A DNA stretch of 60,584 nt from positions 1 through 60,584 of IMG/VR virus record IMGVR_UViG_3300045988_119623; one strand, given 5' to 3'. The stretch's first letter is position 1. Each line of letters begins with the position of its first letter. Source of the DNA: a virus. Position numbers and translations under genes: made by a program. The notes beneath the pieces are model-generated. The model was given only the letters and a program-made list of their open reading frames with translations. It searched no databases and was not told the origin of the DNA. This document shows positions 1 through 8,898 of this stretch, piece by piece.

Positions 1-119
1 AACAAAAGAATTCAAGCTAAAACAAAATGGATGCCTCCCTCTAAATTCAGAGAAGCATCCATGATGTAAATATAATTATTCAAATTTTTAGCGGTGTCCA
101 GAAAACTGGGTACATATCA
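1..119 (+). repeat. Terminal overlap: 1..119 identical to 60466..60584. It covers the last 22 codons plus stop of the IS3-family transposase and the right inverted repeat.
   Basis: Base-by-base comparison of the first and last lines. Implies circular closure of a ~60,465-bp unit, or less likely two IS copies. Confidence 0.95.
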
Positions 120-127
120 ACATTAGC

Positions 128-139
128 AGACGGCTTTTT
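128..139 (+). terminator. Right arm (AGACGGC) plus T-tract of an intrinsic terminator hairpin split by the IS. The left arm is at 59098..59109.
   Basis: AAAAAGCCGTCT (59098..59109) is the exact reverse complement of AGACGGCTTTTT (128..139). Confidence 0.6.
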
Positions 140-156
140 AATGCAAAAAAATCCTA

Positions 157-216
157 AAAACATCCTCCTGGTCAAAAAAACATTTGACAATAGTTTTAGT
201 TATGTTATAGTATAGT
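157..216 (+). promoter_or_regulatory. Promoter/operator cassette copy 1. Palindrome GTCAAA-N6-TTTGAC (171..188) overlaps the -35 TTGACA (184..189). TG-extended -10 TGtTATAGT at 203..211.
   Basis: Consensus-like sigma-70/sigA hexamers with a 16-nt spacer. About 60 bp is nearly identical to 57588..57647. Confidence 0.6.
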
Positions 217-273
217 CATAGGGGATAACAAAAAACCCTAAATAAGCAGGCAAGTTGCAGAAAGGAGAACGAA

Positions 274-411
274 ATGGACGAAATGAATAGCAACGAACTT
301 TTAGTAAAGGAAGCAAAAAGGGTTCAACTTTTAGAGGACATCAGAATTTTGGAACACTCCAAAAACCTCGAAGAAGCTCTTAAAAAACTAGAAGCCTTGC
401 TCAATAAATAA
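274..411 (+). CDS. 45-aa helical micro-protein (MDEMNSNELLVKEAKRVQLLEDIRILEHSKNLEEALKKLEALLNK)
   Basis: SD AAAGGAG lies 6 nt upstream of the ATG, and this is the first ORF after promoter cassette 1. It is below the ORF-track length cutoff. Confidence 0.45.
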   Translation: MDEMNSNELLVKEAKRVQLLEDIRILEHSKNLEEALKKLEALLNK

Positions 412-586
412 GCAAAGCTTCAGTCCGAAAAGTGAATCAGGGTGGTACTTGCCGCCATCCTAAATCACTTGAATTATAGCAGAAAAATTTAGAAAAGGCA
501 AGAACATTCATTATGGCAGAGTGTATATTTTAGAGAGCAGTGCATTTATAGCATTGCTCTTTTTTTATGTAAAGGGGTTGAGAGTA

Positions 587-961
587 GTGGTGTATCTTGT
601 TGTTGTCGCTCACCCGGATGATGAAGTTCTTGGTGCTGGTGCTACAATATGCAAACTTGTAGAAGAAGGTCATATTGTAGATGTATGCATTTTATGTAGC
701 AAGGCAGAAGCAAGAGCAAATAGACCGGACGATAATGAAATGCAGGAAGATTTGTTCGCTTCTATGAATATGCTTGGAGTGCATGATGTTTATCTTGGTA
801 ATTTTGTAGATAGCCAGCTTAACATGTCAGCACATTTAAAGATAGTTCAATTTATTGAAGAAGCCTTGAAAAGAAGCAGTGCTACCAGGGTAATTACTCA
901 CCATCCTAGCGATTTGAACAATGATCATCAAATTACATCGTTATGTTGCCAGGAAGCCTAA
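587..961 (+). CDS. PIG-L/LmbE-family (GlcNAc-type) deacetylase, apparently C-terminally truncated
   Basis: Carries the hallmark 'VVAHPDDEVLGAGATI' and a later 'HHPSDLNNDH' motif. It is only ~125 aa against ~220 aa typical for the family. SD AAAGGGG upstream of GTG 587; the start is uncertain (578 or 587). Confidence 0.6.
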   Translation: MVYLVVVAHPDDEVLGAGATICKLVEEGHIVDVCILCSKAEARANRPDDNEMQEDLFASMNMLGVHDVYLGNFVDSQLNMSAHLKIVQFIEEALKRSSATRVITHHPSDLNNDHQITSLCCQEA

Positions 962-1385
962 TCTACAGAAAGACGAAATATTTATCAGCAAAGCTGCAAT
1001 ACTTTTGTGCTATTGTGAGGATGAGGAGTTTTTTGAACTTGCTTCAAGCGATATTGTTTGCCTTGCTAAAAAAATTGATTGGAATAATATAAGGATAAAA
1101 GATGTAAAGACTTGTGTGTTAGAAAATGGTGAGATTCCTATATGGGTTTTTGACTGCCATACCATTAAAGGCAAGAAAATGGGGAAAACAGATTGGGATA
1201 TGACCACTGATGAGCAAGCTGCACTGTTTCCTTTGAGAACAGCTTACTTTGATGAAGCAAGTTGGATTTACACCTATGAGCAGGATTTTGATAACGGTGA
1301 TATTTCTGAAAAAGGGATACAGCCTATAAGAGAATATGCAAAAACTCATCCTGCAAATCCTGTTGAATTTATACCATATGAGTAA
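921..1385 (+). CDS. Hypothetical protein (154 aa) overlapping the end of the PIG-L fragment in another frame
   Basis: Long ORF followed by a terminator. No recognisable SD and no family recognised. Confidence 0.4.
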   Translation: MIIKLHRYVARKPNLQKDEIFISKAAILLCYCEDEEFFELASSDIVCLAKKIDWNNIRIKDVKTCVLENGEIPIWVFDCHTIKGKKMGKTDWDMTTDEQAALFPLRTAYFDEASWIYTYEQDFDNGDISEKGIQPIREYAKTHPANPVEFIPYE

Positions 1386-1401
1386 ATAAAGATTTTATGT
1401 C

Positions 1402-1430
1402 AGCCTGTCGCTTTTTGCGGCAGGCTTTTT
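1402..1430 (+). terminator. Intrinsic terminator
   Basis: AGCCTGTCGC-ttttt-GCGGCAGGCT followed by TTTTT. Confidence 0.7.
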
Positions 1431-1446
1431 AGTTAGAGGTGGTGAT

Positions 1447-3231
1447 ATGGCTGGAAGAAAAGAGAATCTAAAACCGATTACAACCGTGGAGCAAGCGAGA
1501 GAAATGGGTAGGAGGGGCGGTATAAAGTCTGCTGAAGTTAAAAGAAAAAAGAAAAGCATGATGGAAACTGCTAAAATGCTTATGTCGATGCAGACGGAGA
1601 ATAAGTCTATAAAACAGAACCTTGAATCTTTGGGAGTAAAAGATAAGGATGATCAAACCTATCAGACAGCAATCATAGCTAGAATGATTCAAAAGGCATT
1701 AGTTGATGGTGACACCAACGCTGCAAAGTTTTTGGCTGAAATAACCGGGGAAGTAGGGAATAAAGGATTTCTCAATCTTGCTGACGACCCGGAAGCTAAT
1801 GAAACCATTGATATGTATAAGAGCGTTTATATTCCTAACAATGGGCGTAATGGATATGAAACTGATTATTTAACTCCGCAGCCTGGACCGCAGACGATGT
1901 TTATGTGTTCGCCTGCGGATATTGTTATTTATGGCGGAGCTGCTGGCGGAGGGAAAACGTTTGCATTGTTAATGGAAGGTTTAAGACATAAGAATGTTGT
2001 TGGATTTAGTGGAGTTATTTTCCGCAAAAATTATACTCAAATTACAGCTTCAGGTGGTTTGTGGGATGCTGCTCAAAAGATTTATGGACTTGTACAGGGA
2101 GCTAACGCCAAAAAGACACCTAAACTACATTGGTATTTCACACCTAGTAATGCAAGGATAAATTTTGCTCATCTTGAAAGAGATGAAGATTTAATGAGCT
2201 GGCAAGGTACAGAAATCTGCTATCTTGCTTTTGATGAGCTGACGCATTTTAGCCGTCACCAATTCTTGTATATGCTTTCTCGTAACCGTTCAACGTGCGG
2301 TATTCGTCCTTATGTAAGAGCGACGTGTAACCCGGACAGCGATAGTTGGGTAGCTGATTTTATTTCCTGGTGGATTAATCAAGAAACAGGTTATCCAATC
2401 TATGAGCGCAGCGGTGTTGTACGATATATGTGCGTATTAAATGACACTATTTATTGGGGAAGCAATCCGCATGAACTCGCAAAGGAATACGGCGTAAATG
2501 TTGAAGAATGCAAGTCGGTAACGTTTATAGCATCAAAGTTGACGGACAACAAAGTTTTAATGGCTAAAGACCCTTCGTATATGGCTAACCTTAAAGCTTT
2601 GGCAGAGATTGACAAAGAACGTCTTTTATATGGCAACTGGAAAATCCGTCCTGCTGCTGGTATGTACTTTAAAACAGAAAACTTCACCTTTGTTGATGCT
2701 GTACCGAAAAATATCGTTGCTTATGCACGTTCCTGGGACTTGGCAGCAACAGAGCCTACGCCGCTTAACCCAGACCCTGATGCAACAGCAGGCGTGTTAA
2801 TGGGACTGCTTGACGATGGCAGAGTAATCGTTCTTGATGTAAAACGCAAGCAGATAAAGGCGAATGACGCTAGGAATCTTCTGCGTAACATGGCAGCGAT
2901 TGACCAGGGCAAATACAAATTCGTACAAATTACGATACCGCAAGACCCAGGACAGGCAGGCAAGGCGCAAGCTCAAAGTCTTGTATCAATGCTTGCAGGT
3001 TACTCGGTGGAGATTGTATCGCCGACAGGCAGCAAAGAGGTTCGTGCTACTCCATTTGCTTCACAGGTGCAGGCAGGAAACGTCCTTATCCTTAAAGGTG
3101 AATGGAATGATATGTATCTGTCAGAACTTGAATCGTTCCCGGAAAGCAAGCATGATGATATGGTGGATGCGTCAAGTGATGCGTTTAACAAGCTAATGAA
3201 CTCCCGCAGCTGGGGCGGCTTAACGAGCTAG
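1447..3231 (+). CDS. terL: Terminase large subunit with a ~140-aa basic N-terminal extension
   Basis: Walker A 'YGGAAGGGKT', Walker B-like 'LAFDELTHF' and C-terminal nuclease motif 'KHDDMVDASSDAF'. It is immediately followed by the portal gene. Confidence 0.9.
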   Translation: MAGRKENLKPITTVEQAREMGRRGGIKSAEVKRKKKSMMETAKMLMSMQTENKSIKQNLESLGVKDKDDQTYQTAIIARMIQKALVDGDTNAAKFLAEITGEVGNKGFLNLADDPEANETIDMYKSVYIPNNGRNGYETDYLTPQPGPQTMFMCSPADIVIYGGAAGGGKTFALLMEGLRHKNVVGFSGVIFRKNYTQITASGGLWDAAQKIYGLVQGANAKKTPKLHWYFTPSNARINFAHLERDEDLMSWQGTEICYLAFDELTHFSRHQFLYMLSRNRSTCGIRPYVRATCNPDSDSWVADFISWWINQETGYPIYERSGVVRYMCVLNDTIYWGSNPHELAKEYGVNVEECKSVTFIASKLTDNKVLMAKDPSYMANLKALAEIDKERLLYGNWKIRPAAGMYFKTENFTFVDAVPKNIVAYARSWDLAATEPTPLNPDPDATAGVLMGLLDDGRVIVLDVKRKQIKANDARNLLRNMAAIDQGKYKFVQITIPQDPGQAGKAQAQSLVSMLAGYSVEIVSPTGSKEVRATPFASQVQAGNVLILKGEWNDMYLSELESFPESKHDDMVDASSDAFNKLMNSRSWGGLTS

Positions 3232-3239
3232 GAGGAATA

Positions 3240-4568
3240 ATGGTAAAAAGAAAAGATAATTCAATTCGTGCAGACAGCGGATTTAAAGATGCTTTTATTG
3301 CACGTAAAGCTCGCAATTATGAAGGTCTGCTGAACGAGCGAAAACTCACAGACCAGGCTTTGGCTACAATGTACAGAAATGCTCTTGTGCGTAGAATTGT
3401 TACAATGGCTGCCGATGATGCTATGAAGAATTTTATAGAAATCGAAGGCGATTCTGACGATTGTATCTTGCAGGAGCTTGAAACGCTGTTTGTGCAGGAA
3501 AAGCTTACAGAAGCTTTATATTGGGACAGACTGTTCGGTATGTCTTGTGCTCTTATCCTTGCTGACGATGGCCAGGAGTTAAGCGAACCTATTAATATCA
3601 ACCGTTTACGCAGGATTAACGGATTAGAAATTTTTGACAAGCGAGATATTTACCCGGACACAACCTCAATTTATCTTGATACAGATATTCGAGATGCAAA
3701 TTTTGGCAAGCCGGAGTTTTACATGATTTCGCCACCGAACGGAAATCAGTTCAAAGCACACAGAAGCAGACTGCTGGTTTTTGACGGCGAAATGCTGCCA
3801 AAGATAGAGCGCATTGCTAATAATGGTGCTGGCTTATCCTGCCTGGATGGTGTTCCGGCTGCGCTGAACCGTGTAAAAACTGCAATGAATAAAACAATCG
3901 ACATAATGGATAAGGTTAGCACGTCACTGTTAAAGCTAGAAGGCTTAAGCAATTTACTGGCAAGAGAAGACGGCACGCAAGCTGTTATTCGGCGTTTAGA
4001 GCTGATAGACTACTCACGCAGAATTAATGGCAGTGTAGCCGTTGACAAGGAAGATGAATACGGCATTTTCAACATTCCGCTCACAGGCTTGACGGATATT
4101 ATTCAAGAGTTTGAGCAGGCTTTATGTGCTGTTACCGGGTATCCGTTTACTGTATTGTTTGGGCGTTCTCCAGCTGGCATGAACAGCACAGGTAAGAGCG
4201 ACCTGCAGATTTACTACGATAACGTCAGACGTATTCAACGCAGGAAAATTCGTCCTGCGTTAGAGTATCTTGTAAGACTTATCCAGCTTTCAAAAGAAGG
4301 ACCTACCAACGGCAAGGAGCTTGAAAAGTGGAGCATTAAATTTAAGGCAATCGAACCGCTAAATGATCTGGAACAAGCCAACGTCGACAAGACGCAGGCA
4401 GAAGTAAGAGCTGCCGTTGTTAAGCTTGTTTTTGACCTAGTTGATAATCAACTGTTAGACGCAACACAAGCACGCCAATACCTTAAAGAGCGTGGCGATA
4501 TTCCAGTTACAGAAAGTGAGCTGGATTTAGATGATGAAGAAACAGAAGAAATCAATACGTTACCTTAA
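3240..4568 (+). CDS. Portal protein (DUF1073/HI1409-like)
   Basis: 442 aa, located between terL and the Mu-F-like gene. Family assignment is from memory of the sequence pattern. Confidence 0.75.
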   Translation: MVKRKDNSIRADSGFKDAFIARKARNYEGLLNERKLTDQALATMYRNALVRRIVTMAADDAMKNFIEIEGDSDDCILQELETLFVQEKLTEALYWDRLFGMSCALILADDGQELSEPININRLRRINGLEIFDKRDIYPDTTSIYLDTDIRDANFGKPEFYMISPPNGNQFKAHRSRLLVFDGEMLPKIERIANNGAGLSCLDGVPAALNRVKTAMNKTIDIMDKVSTSLLKLEGLSNLLAREDGTQAVIRRLELIDYSRRINGSVAVDKEDEYGIFNIPLTGLTDIIQEFEQALCAVTGYPFTVLFGRSPAGMNSTGKSDLQIYYDNVRRIQRRKIRPALEYLVRLIQLSKEGPTNGKELEKWSIKFKAIEPLNDLEQANVDKTQAEVRAAVVKLVFDLVDNQLLDATQARQYLKERGDIPVTESELDLDDEETEEINTLP

Positions 4569-5409
4569 AGTAAAGAAGCGTCCAAAATATCCAAAGAATT
4601 TTGAACGTGATTATTATCGCGTCCTCAGAGCCGTTGTAAGACGTTTAAAAAGTGCCACGAATAACAATATACCAATGCTGACATATTCGCTGCGTCAGGA
4701 CGATGACAGCACCGTTACAGATGCTTTCGTTCAGGCGATACTTTTAGAGCTTTTAAAGAGCATGACTGTTGAGGAAGCTATAAGCGAATTAGAGCTTATT
4801 CTTGCTGGCGTGTCCAGCGTTGTCGATGCTAATGTTATCAGTGCCTTTGCGGAAGCAGTCAGCGTTGATGTGTTTTTAAATGATTCGGTTTTACTTGATA
4901 CAGTAAAAGCGGAATGGAAAGCGCAGCAAGGCAGGCTTGTGGACAGCATAGTCAATACCTACATCGAAAAGCTACAAATCATTGTAAGCAATGCTGTTCA
5001 GCGTGGTACTGCCATGAGCGAAGTTGAAGAAGAAATCAAGGTACTGCTTAACACTACCGACAAGCGAGCAAAATTTATTGCAAGGAATGAGGTAGGCAAT
5101 CTGAACGGCATTATAACGATGAGAAGGCAGGTTGATTGCGGTATAAGCGTGTATCAATGGTCATCGTCACATGATGAACGTGTCAGACCTTCTCATGCTG
5201 AAATGGATGGGAAATACTTCTATTGGAACAGCGATAAGATGGGCGAGATTAACGGCATAAAGGTTTATCCTTCTCCGAAATATCATCCGTGTATGGATTA
5301 TAACTGCCGCTGCGTAGCATTACCTGTTATTGACCTGGAGCAATGGAACATGACAACAGCAGTTCCAATGGGTAGGGTTGATGTAAAGAAAAGCAAAGAA
5401 TTAAGCTAG
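4531..5409 (+). CDS. Head morphogenesis protein, SPP1 gp7 / Mu F family
   Basis: Motif 'ARNEVGNLNG...SSSHDERVRPSHAEMDGKYF'. The exact start is uncertain. Confidence 0.85.
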   Translation: MMKKQKKSIRYLKVKKRPKYPKNFERDYYRVLRAVVRRLKSATNNNIPMLTYSLRQDDDSTVTDAFVQAILLELLKSMTVEEAISELELILAGVSSVVDANVISAFAEAVSVDVFLNDSVLLDTVKAEWKAQQGRLVDSIVNTYIEKLQIIVSNAVQRGTAMSEVEEEIKVLLNTTDKRAKFIARNEVGNLNGIITMRRQVDCGISVYQWSSSHDERVRPSHAEMDGKYFYWNSDKMGEINGIKVYPSPKYHPCMDYNCRCVALPVIDLEQWNMTTAVPMGRVDVKKSKELS

Positions 5410-5470
5410 AAGGCGTATGCGAGAAATTGCATATGCTTTTTATATACCCCAAAATAAGGAGGTGAATTTT

Positions 5471-6628
5471 TTGGGAAGTGTACAACGATATGAGCGCATT
5501 GATTCATGGATGTTTGTTAGCGGTGCAGTTACTGACGCTGACGGCTTCTTGCGTGATTCTCCGATTGTGGCACGTACTGGCATCTATATCTACCAACAGC
5601 CAGACGGGACTATTAGACGAGAGTACAGACCGCCGGAGGAAGTGTTCGACGCTGACAGTGAAGCAAGCTTTGTCGGAAAGCCTATTGTGGTAGGACACCC
5701 AGCCAGCGGCATTGTAAACAGCGATACCGCACAAGATTTAGCCATTGGCACGATTTTGTCCAGCGGTTATCAGAAGGACGAAACAAATATTGCCTGTGAC
5801 ATTGTTATCCATAATCCCTCTGCTATCGGTGAAAAGCGTGGCTTGTCTTTAGGTTACAGAGTGGATGTTGAAGAAACTCCAGGCACTACACCGGACGGAC
5901 AGCAATATGACGCTATCCAGCGCAACATTCGTATCAATCATTTAGCCGTTGTTGACAGGGCACGTGCCGGAGCAAAAGCACGGCTTAATCTTGACGGTGA
6001 CGAAATTATCGAAGGAGTAGAAACAAAAATGAAAATTAAAATTGATTCTGTTGATTTTGAAGTTGACGAAAAAATTGCTAACTATGTCAACTCTCTGCAA
6101 AACAAAGAAGAAAACGCTCGTGTAAAGCTTGATACAGCTAACACTGAGCTTAAATCTGTAAAGGAGCAAAATACCGCTCTTAAAGCTGATGCTGACGACA
6201 AAAAAGCTAAACTTGACGCAATGACCGCTGAACGTGACGGCTTGAAAGCTAAAGTTGATGCTGCTGACGCTGAAAAGGAGAAAGCTGTAAAAGAGGCTGT
6301 TGAAGCTGTAAAGGCTGATATGCAGGAACGTGCGGAGCTTGAAGAAACCGCTAAAATTGCAAAGGTTGAAAAAACCGATGGCTTGACCAACGCTGAGTTG
6401 AAAGCTGGCATTGTTAAAGCTGCTTTCGGCGAAAAATTTAAACTTGACGGTGCATCTGATGCTTATCTTGACGGTGCATATTCTGCTGCTAAAGAGATGC
6501 TTCGTAACGATAACGCAAAAAATCAAGCCGCAAAAGCTAAAGGCGGTGCTGAAAAGCAAGAAACTAAGAATGATTCTGCTAACGATGCACGTAGCCGCAT
6601 GATTGCACGTATGCGCGGCGAAGAATAA
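5471..6628 (+). CDS. Scaffold / prohead-protease-like protein (DUF2213-like N-terminus, coiled-coil C-terminus)
   Basis: SD AAGGAGG lies 8 nt before TTG 5471. The C-terminal half is Ala/Lys/Glu-rich and helical (KADADDKKAKLDAMTAERDGLKAKVDAADAEKEKAVKEAV). Confidence 0.6.
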   Translation: MGSVQRYERIDSWMFVSGAVTDADGFLRDSPIVARTGIYIYQQPDGTIRREYRPPEEVFDADSEASFVGKPIVVGHPASGIVNSDTAQDLAIGTILSSGYQKDETNIACDIVIHNPSAIGEKRGLSLGYRVDVEETPGTTPDGQQYDAIQRNIRINHLAVVDRARAGAKARLNLDGDEIIEGVETKMKIKIDSVDFEVDEKIANYVNSLQNKEENARVKLDTANTELKSVKEQNTALKADADDKKAKLDAMTAERDGLKAKVDAADAEKEKAVKEAVEAVKADMQERAELEETAKIAKVEKTDGLTNAELKAGIVKAAFGEKFKLDGASDAYLDGAYSAAKEMLRNDNAKNQAAKAKGGAEKQETKNDSANDARSRMIARMRGEE

Positions 6629-6644
6629 GAAAGAGGTGAATACA

Positions 6645-7112
6645 ATGGCAATTACTAATTATGCATTAACCATGGACAAAGCTTTTGCTGGTTCGCTGTA
6701 TGATTTGTCCTCTCATACTGTAGATTCCTTTGCTGTTGAAGAAGCTGACGGTATTGGTGCTGCTTGCGCCGTTATCCGCGGCACTGACGCAGAGCATCAG
6801 GTGAAATCTCCGTCCGCATCCGGTGACGGTGCGAAAGTTATCGGCGTTACTCTGCATACCCATATTGAGCCGCCTGAAGCTGGCAAAAAATATTATCCGC
6901 AGAATTACACTGTTCCTGTTGTGACTAAAGGTCGTGTATGGGTAACTACCGGAGGTGCGGTTAACGCAGGTGACGAAGCTCATCTGAAACTTGCTGACGG
7001 CACGTTTGTTAAAGATGCTGTTGCTGCTGGCACCATTGAAGCTCTTGGATGCGGTGCTAAATTTATCACTTCCTGCGACAAGGCAGGCTTGGCAGTTATC
7101 GAAATTGGTTAA
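6645..7112 (+). CDS. Head decoration / cement-like protein
   Basis: 155 aa with SD AGAGGTG before ATG 6645. Located between the scaffold and major capsid genes. Confidence 0.5.
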   Translation: MAITNYALTMDKAFAGSLYDLSSHTVDSFAVEEADGIGAACAVIRGTDAEHQVKSPSASGDGAKVIGVTLHTHIEPPEAGKKYYPQNYTVPVVTKGRVWVTTGGAVNAGDEAHLKLADGTFVKDAVAAGTIEALGCGAKFITSCDKAGLAVIEIG

Positions 7113-7137
7113 TTAGAAAAGAAGAGGTGAAATAGTA

Positions 7138-8112
7138 ATGACTCAAATGCACTATGATGAATTAGACCTGAATGTTATTGAGCGTTGCGACGGCTTGCGT
7201 AAAGACGCAGGCGATACTATTTTTGTCGCAAAAGAACTCGAAGCTGTAAAGGCAAAAACCTATGACCAGAAATTCGCTAATCTGAATGCGCTGAAACTGT
7301 TTGATATGTCCTCTGACGTTGACCCCGGCGCTGACACTATCAGCTATCAGTCCTTGGGTTCTGTTGGCATGGCAAAGACTATCGCCAACTATGCAACCGA
7401 CTTTACTCGTGTAGATGTGCTGGCTGAAGAACACATTGCTAAAGTTATTGCTGGCGGTGCAGCATATGGCTACACCATGCAGGACTTGCGTCGTGCTGCT
7501 ATGGCAAGAAAACCGCTGACTGCTCGCAAGGCTATTGCTGTTCGCCGTGCTCTCGACGAATATATTAACCGCATTGCATTCCATGGTGATGCTAAACATG
7601 GCGTTGTAGGCTTGCTGGATAATCCTAACATTGGCAACTACACTGTTGCTGCCGATGGTGCTGGTGGTACTGGTTCTTCTACCAAATTCAAAGACAAAAC
7701 CGCTGTTCAGATTCTGCGTGATATGAACGGCATTATTAATTCTGTTAGCAAGCAGACTAATGACGTAGAAAATCCGAATACTCTCGTACTGCCGCCGGAT
7801 CAATACAACTACATTGCTTCTACCCCTTATTCTGATGTAGTCGCAGATTCCATTCTGTCTGTGTTTAAACGCAATAACCCGGATGTAACCGTACTGAAAG
7901 CCAATGAGCTGGCTGGCGCAGGTGTAGGCGGCTTGGATATGATGATTGCATACGTTAAGGATGCAGACCACCAAACCCTGGAAGTTCCGCTGCCGTTCAC
8001 TCAGCACACTATTCAGCAAAAAGGCTTGGAATTTGAAGTTCCTTGCGAGGTTCGTACCGCTGGCGTGTTGATTTACTATCCGCTGTCCATGAACAAGGCT
8101 TCTGGCATCTAA
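7138..8112 (+). CDS. Major capsid protein (DUF2184/encapsulin-like HK97 fold)
   Basis: 324 aa with SD AGAGGTG, followed by a strong terminator. Position is typical for a capsid gene; family assignment is from memory. Confidence 0.8.
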   Translation: MTQMHYDELDLNVIERCDGLRKDAGDTIFVAKELEAVKAKTYDQKFANLNALKLFDMSSDVDPGADTISYQSLGSVGMAKTIANYATDFTRVDVLAEEHIAKVIAGGAAYGYTMQDLRRAAMARKPLTARKAIAVRRALDEYINRIAFHGDAKHGVVGLLDNPNIGNYTVAADGAGGTGSSTKFKDKTAVQILRDMNGIINSVSKQTNDVENPNTLVLPPDQYNYIASTPYSDVVADSILSVFKRNNPDVTVLKANELAGAGVGGLDMMIAYVKDADHQTLEVPLPFTQHTIQQKGLEFEVPCEVRTAGVLIYYPLSMNKASGI

Positions 8113-8125
8113 TCTGACTATATAC

Positions 8126-8158
8126 TGCCCTTTCAAATGAGAGGGCATTTTCTTTTTT
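8126..8158 (+). terminator. Intrinsic terminator after the capsid gene
   Basis: 9-bp stem TGCCCTTTC/GAGAGGGCA with loop AAAT, followed by TTTTCTTTTTT. Confidence 0.75.
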
Positions 8159-8171
8159 AGGAGGAAAGTGA

Positions 8172-8516
8172 ATGAAAGTTAAAAACATCTCTAAAGCTGT
8201 AATTAATATCGACGGTAAATATATCATGCCTGATCAGTGCGGCATCGTTGGTGATGAATGGGGCGAAAACCTTATTGTAAAAGCCTACATCAAAGAACAA
8301 ATGATTACTGTTGAGAAAGGCAATGCTAAAGAAGCAAATGTTGATGATATGGCAGCAGACCTTGCAGGACTGTCCGCTGAATCCAGCAAGCGTTCTTTGA
8401 CTGCTTTCGCTAAGAAATACAATATTAATGTAGAGGGCGCAGAAACCGCAGAAGATATTTATTCCGTTATTTTTGCTTTTGTAAACATGGCAAAGAAAAA
8501 TGTTAACGGAAACTAA
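8172..8516 (+). CDS. Hypothetical virion-module protein (114 aa)
   Basis: SD GGAGGAAAG upstream; ORF in the structural operon. Confidence 0.55.
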   Translation: MKVKNISKAVINIDGKYIMPDQCGIVGDEWGENLIVKAYIKEQMITVEKGNAKEANVDDMAADLAGLSAESSKRSLTAFAKKYNINVEGAETAEDIYSVIFAFVNMAKKNVNGN

Positions 8517-8898
8517 AGATAAAATAAAGCAAGCTTTTTCTGTTATCTGCCCCGAACTGATTCTTACTGATGAAGAATTAGAAGTCTACATTAATCTTGT
8601 TTCGCCTATGTTGTCAGAAAGTGTTTTTGGCAATATGTATATAACAGCATTTGTTTATCTCATGGCGCATCACGTTGTCCTGCGTCAGCTTATTGCGCAG
8701 TATGGAGAAAACGGCTCATTTGATGTTGGTATTACAGGCTCTGTAACGTCGGAAAAAGAAGGTGACTTGCAACGTTCATATAGTGACAAGTCAGCTTCTT
8801 TCGATATGTTGGACAAGACGTACTATGGCATTGAATTTAAACGTTTGCGCTCTATGTGCGTTGTTCCGATAGTAACAAGATTGGATAATACGTTATGA
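8500..8898 (+). CDS. Head-tail connector (DUF4054 / gp6-like) candidate
   Basis: 132 aa in the position after the capsid gene. The pattern '...FGNMYITAFVYLMAHHVVL' is typical of head-tail adaptor proteins (from memory). Confidence 0.55.
   Translation: MLTETKDKIKQAFSVICPELILTDEELEVYINLVSPMLSESVFGNMYITAFVYLMAHHVVLRQLIAQYGENGSFDVGITGSVTSEKEGDLQRSYSDKSASFDMLDKTYYGIEFKRLRSMCVVPIVTRLDNTL

Noticed and set aside
5942-6559. 205-aa and 109-aa minus-strand ORFs opposite the scaffold gene
   Set aside because: They arise from the repetitive GCT/AAA/GAA coiled-coil coding region. The translations are low complexity (F/S/L-rich), and they sit in a one-directional operon.
7162-8148. 328-aa ORF on the minus strand covering the whole major capsid gene
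   Set aside because: It is an antisense shadow of a highly expressed plus-strand gene with a recognisable capsid sequence. It has no SD, is Ser/Asn/Ile/Val-rich and resembles no family.
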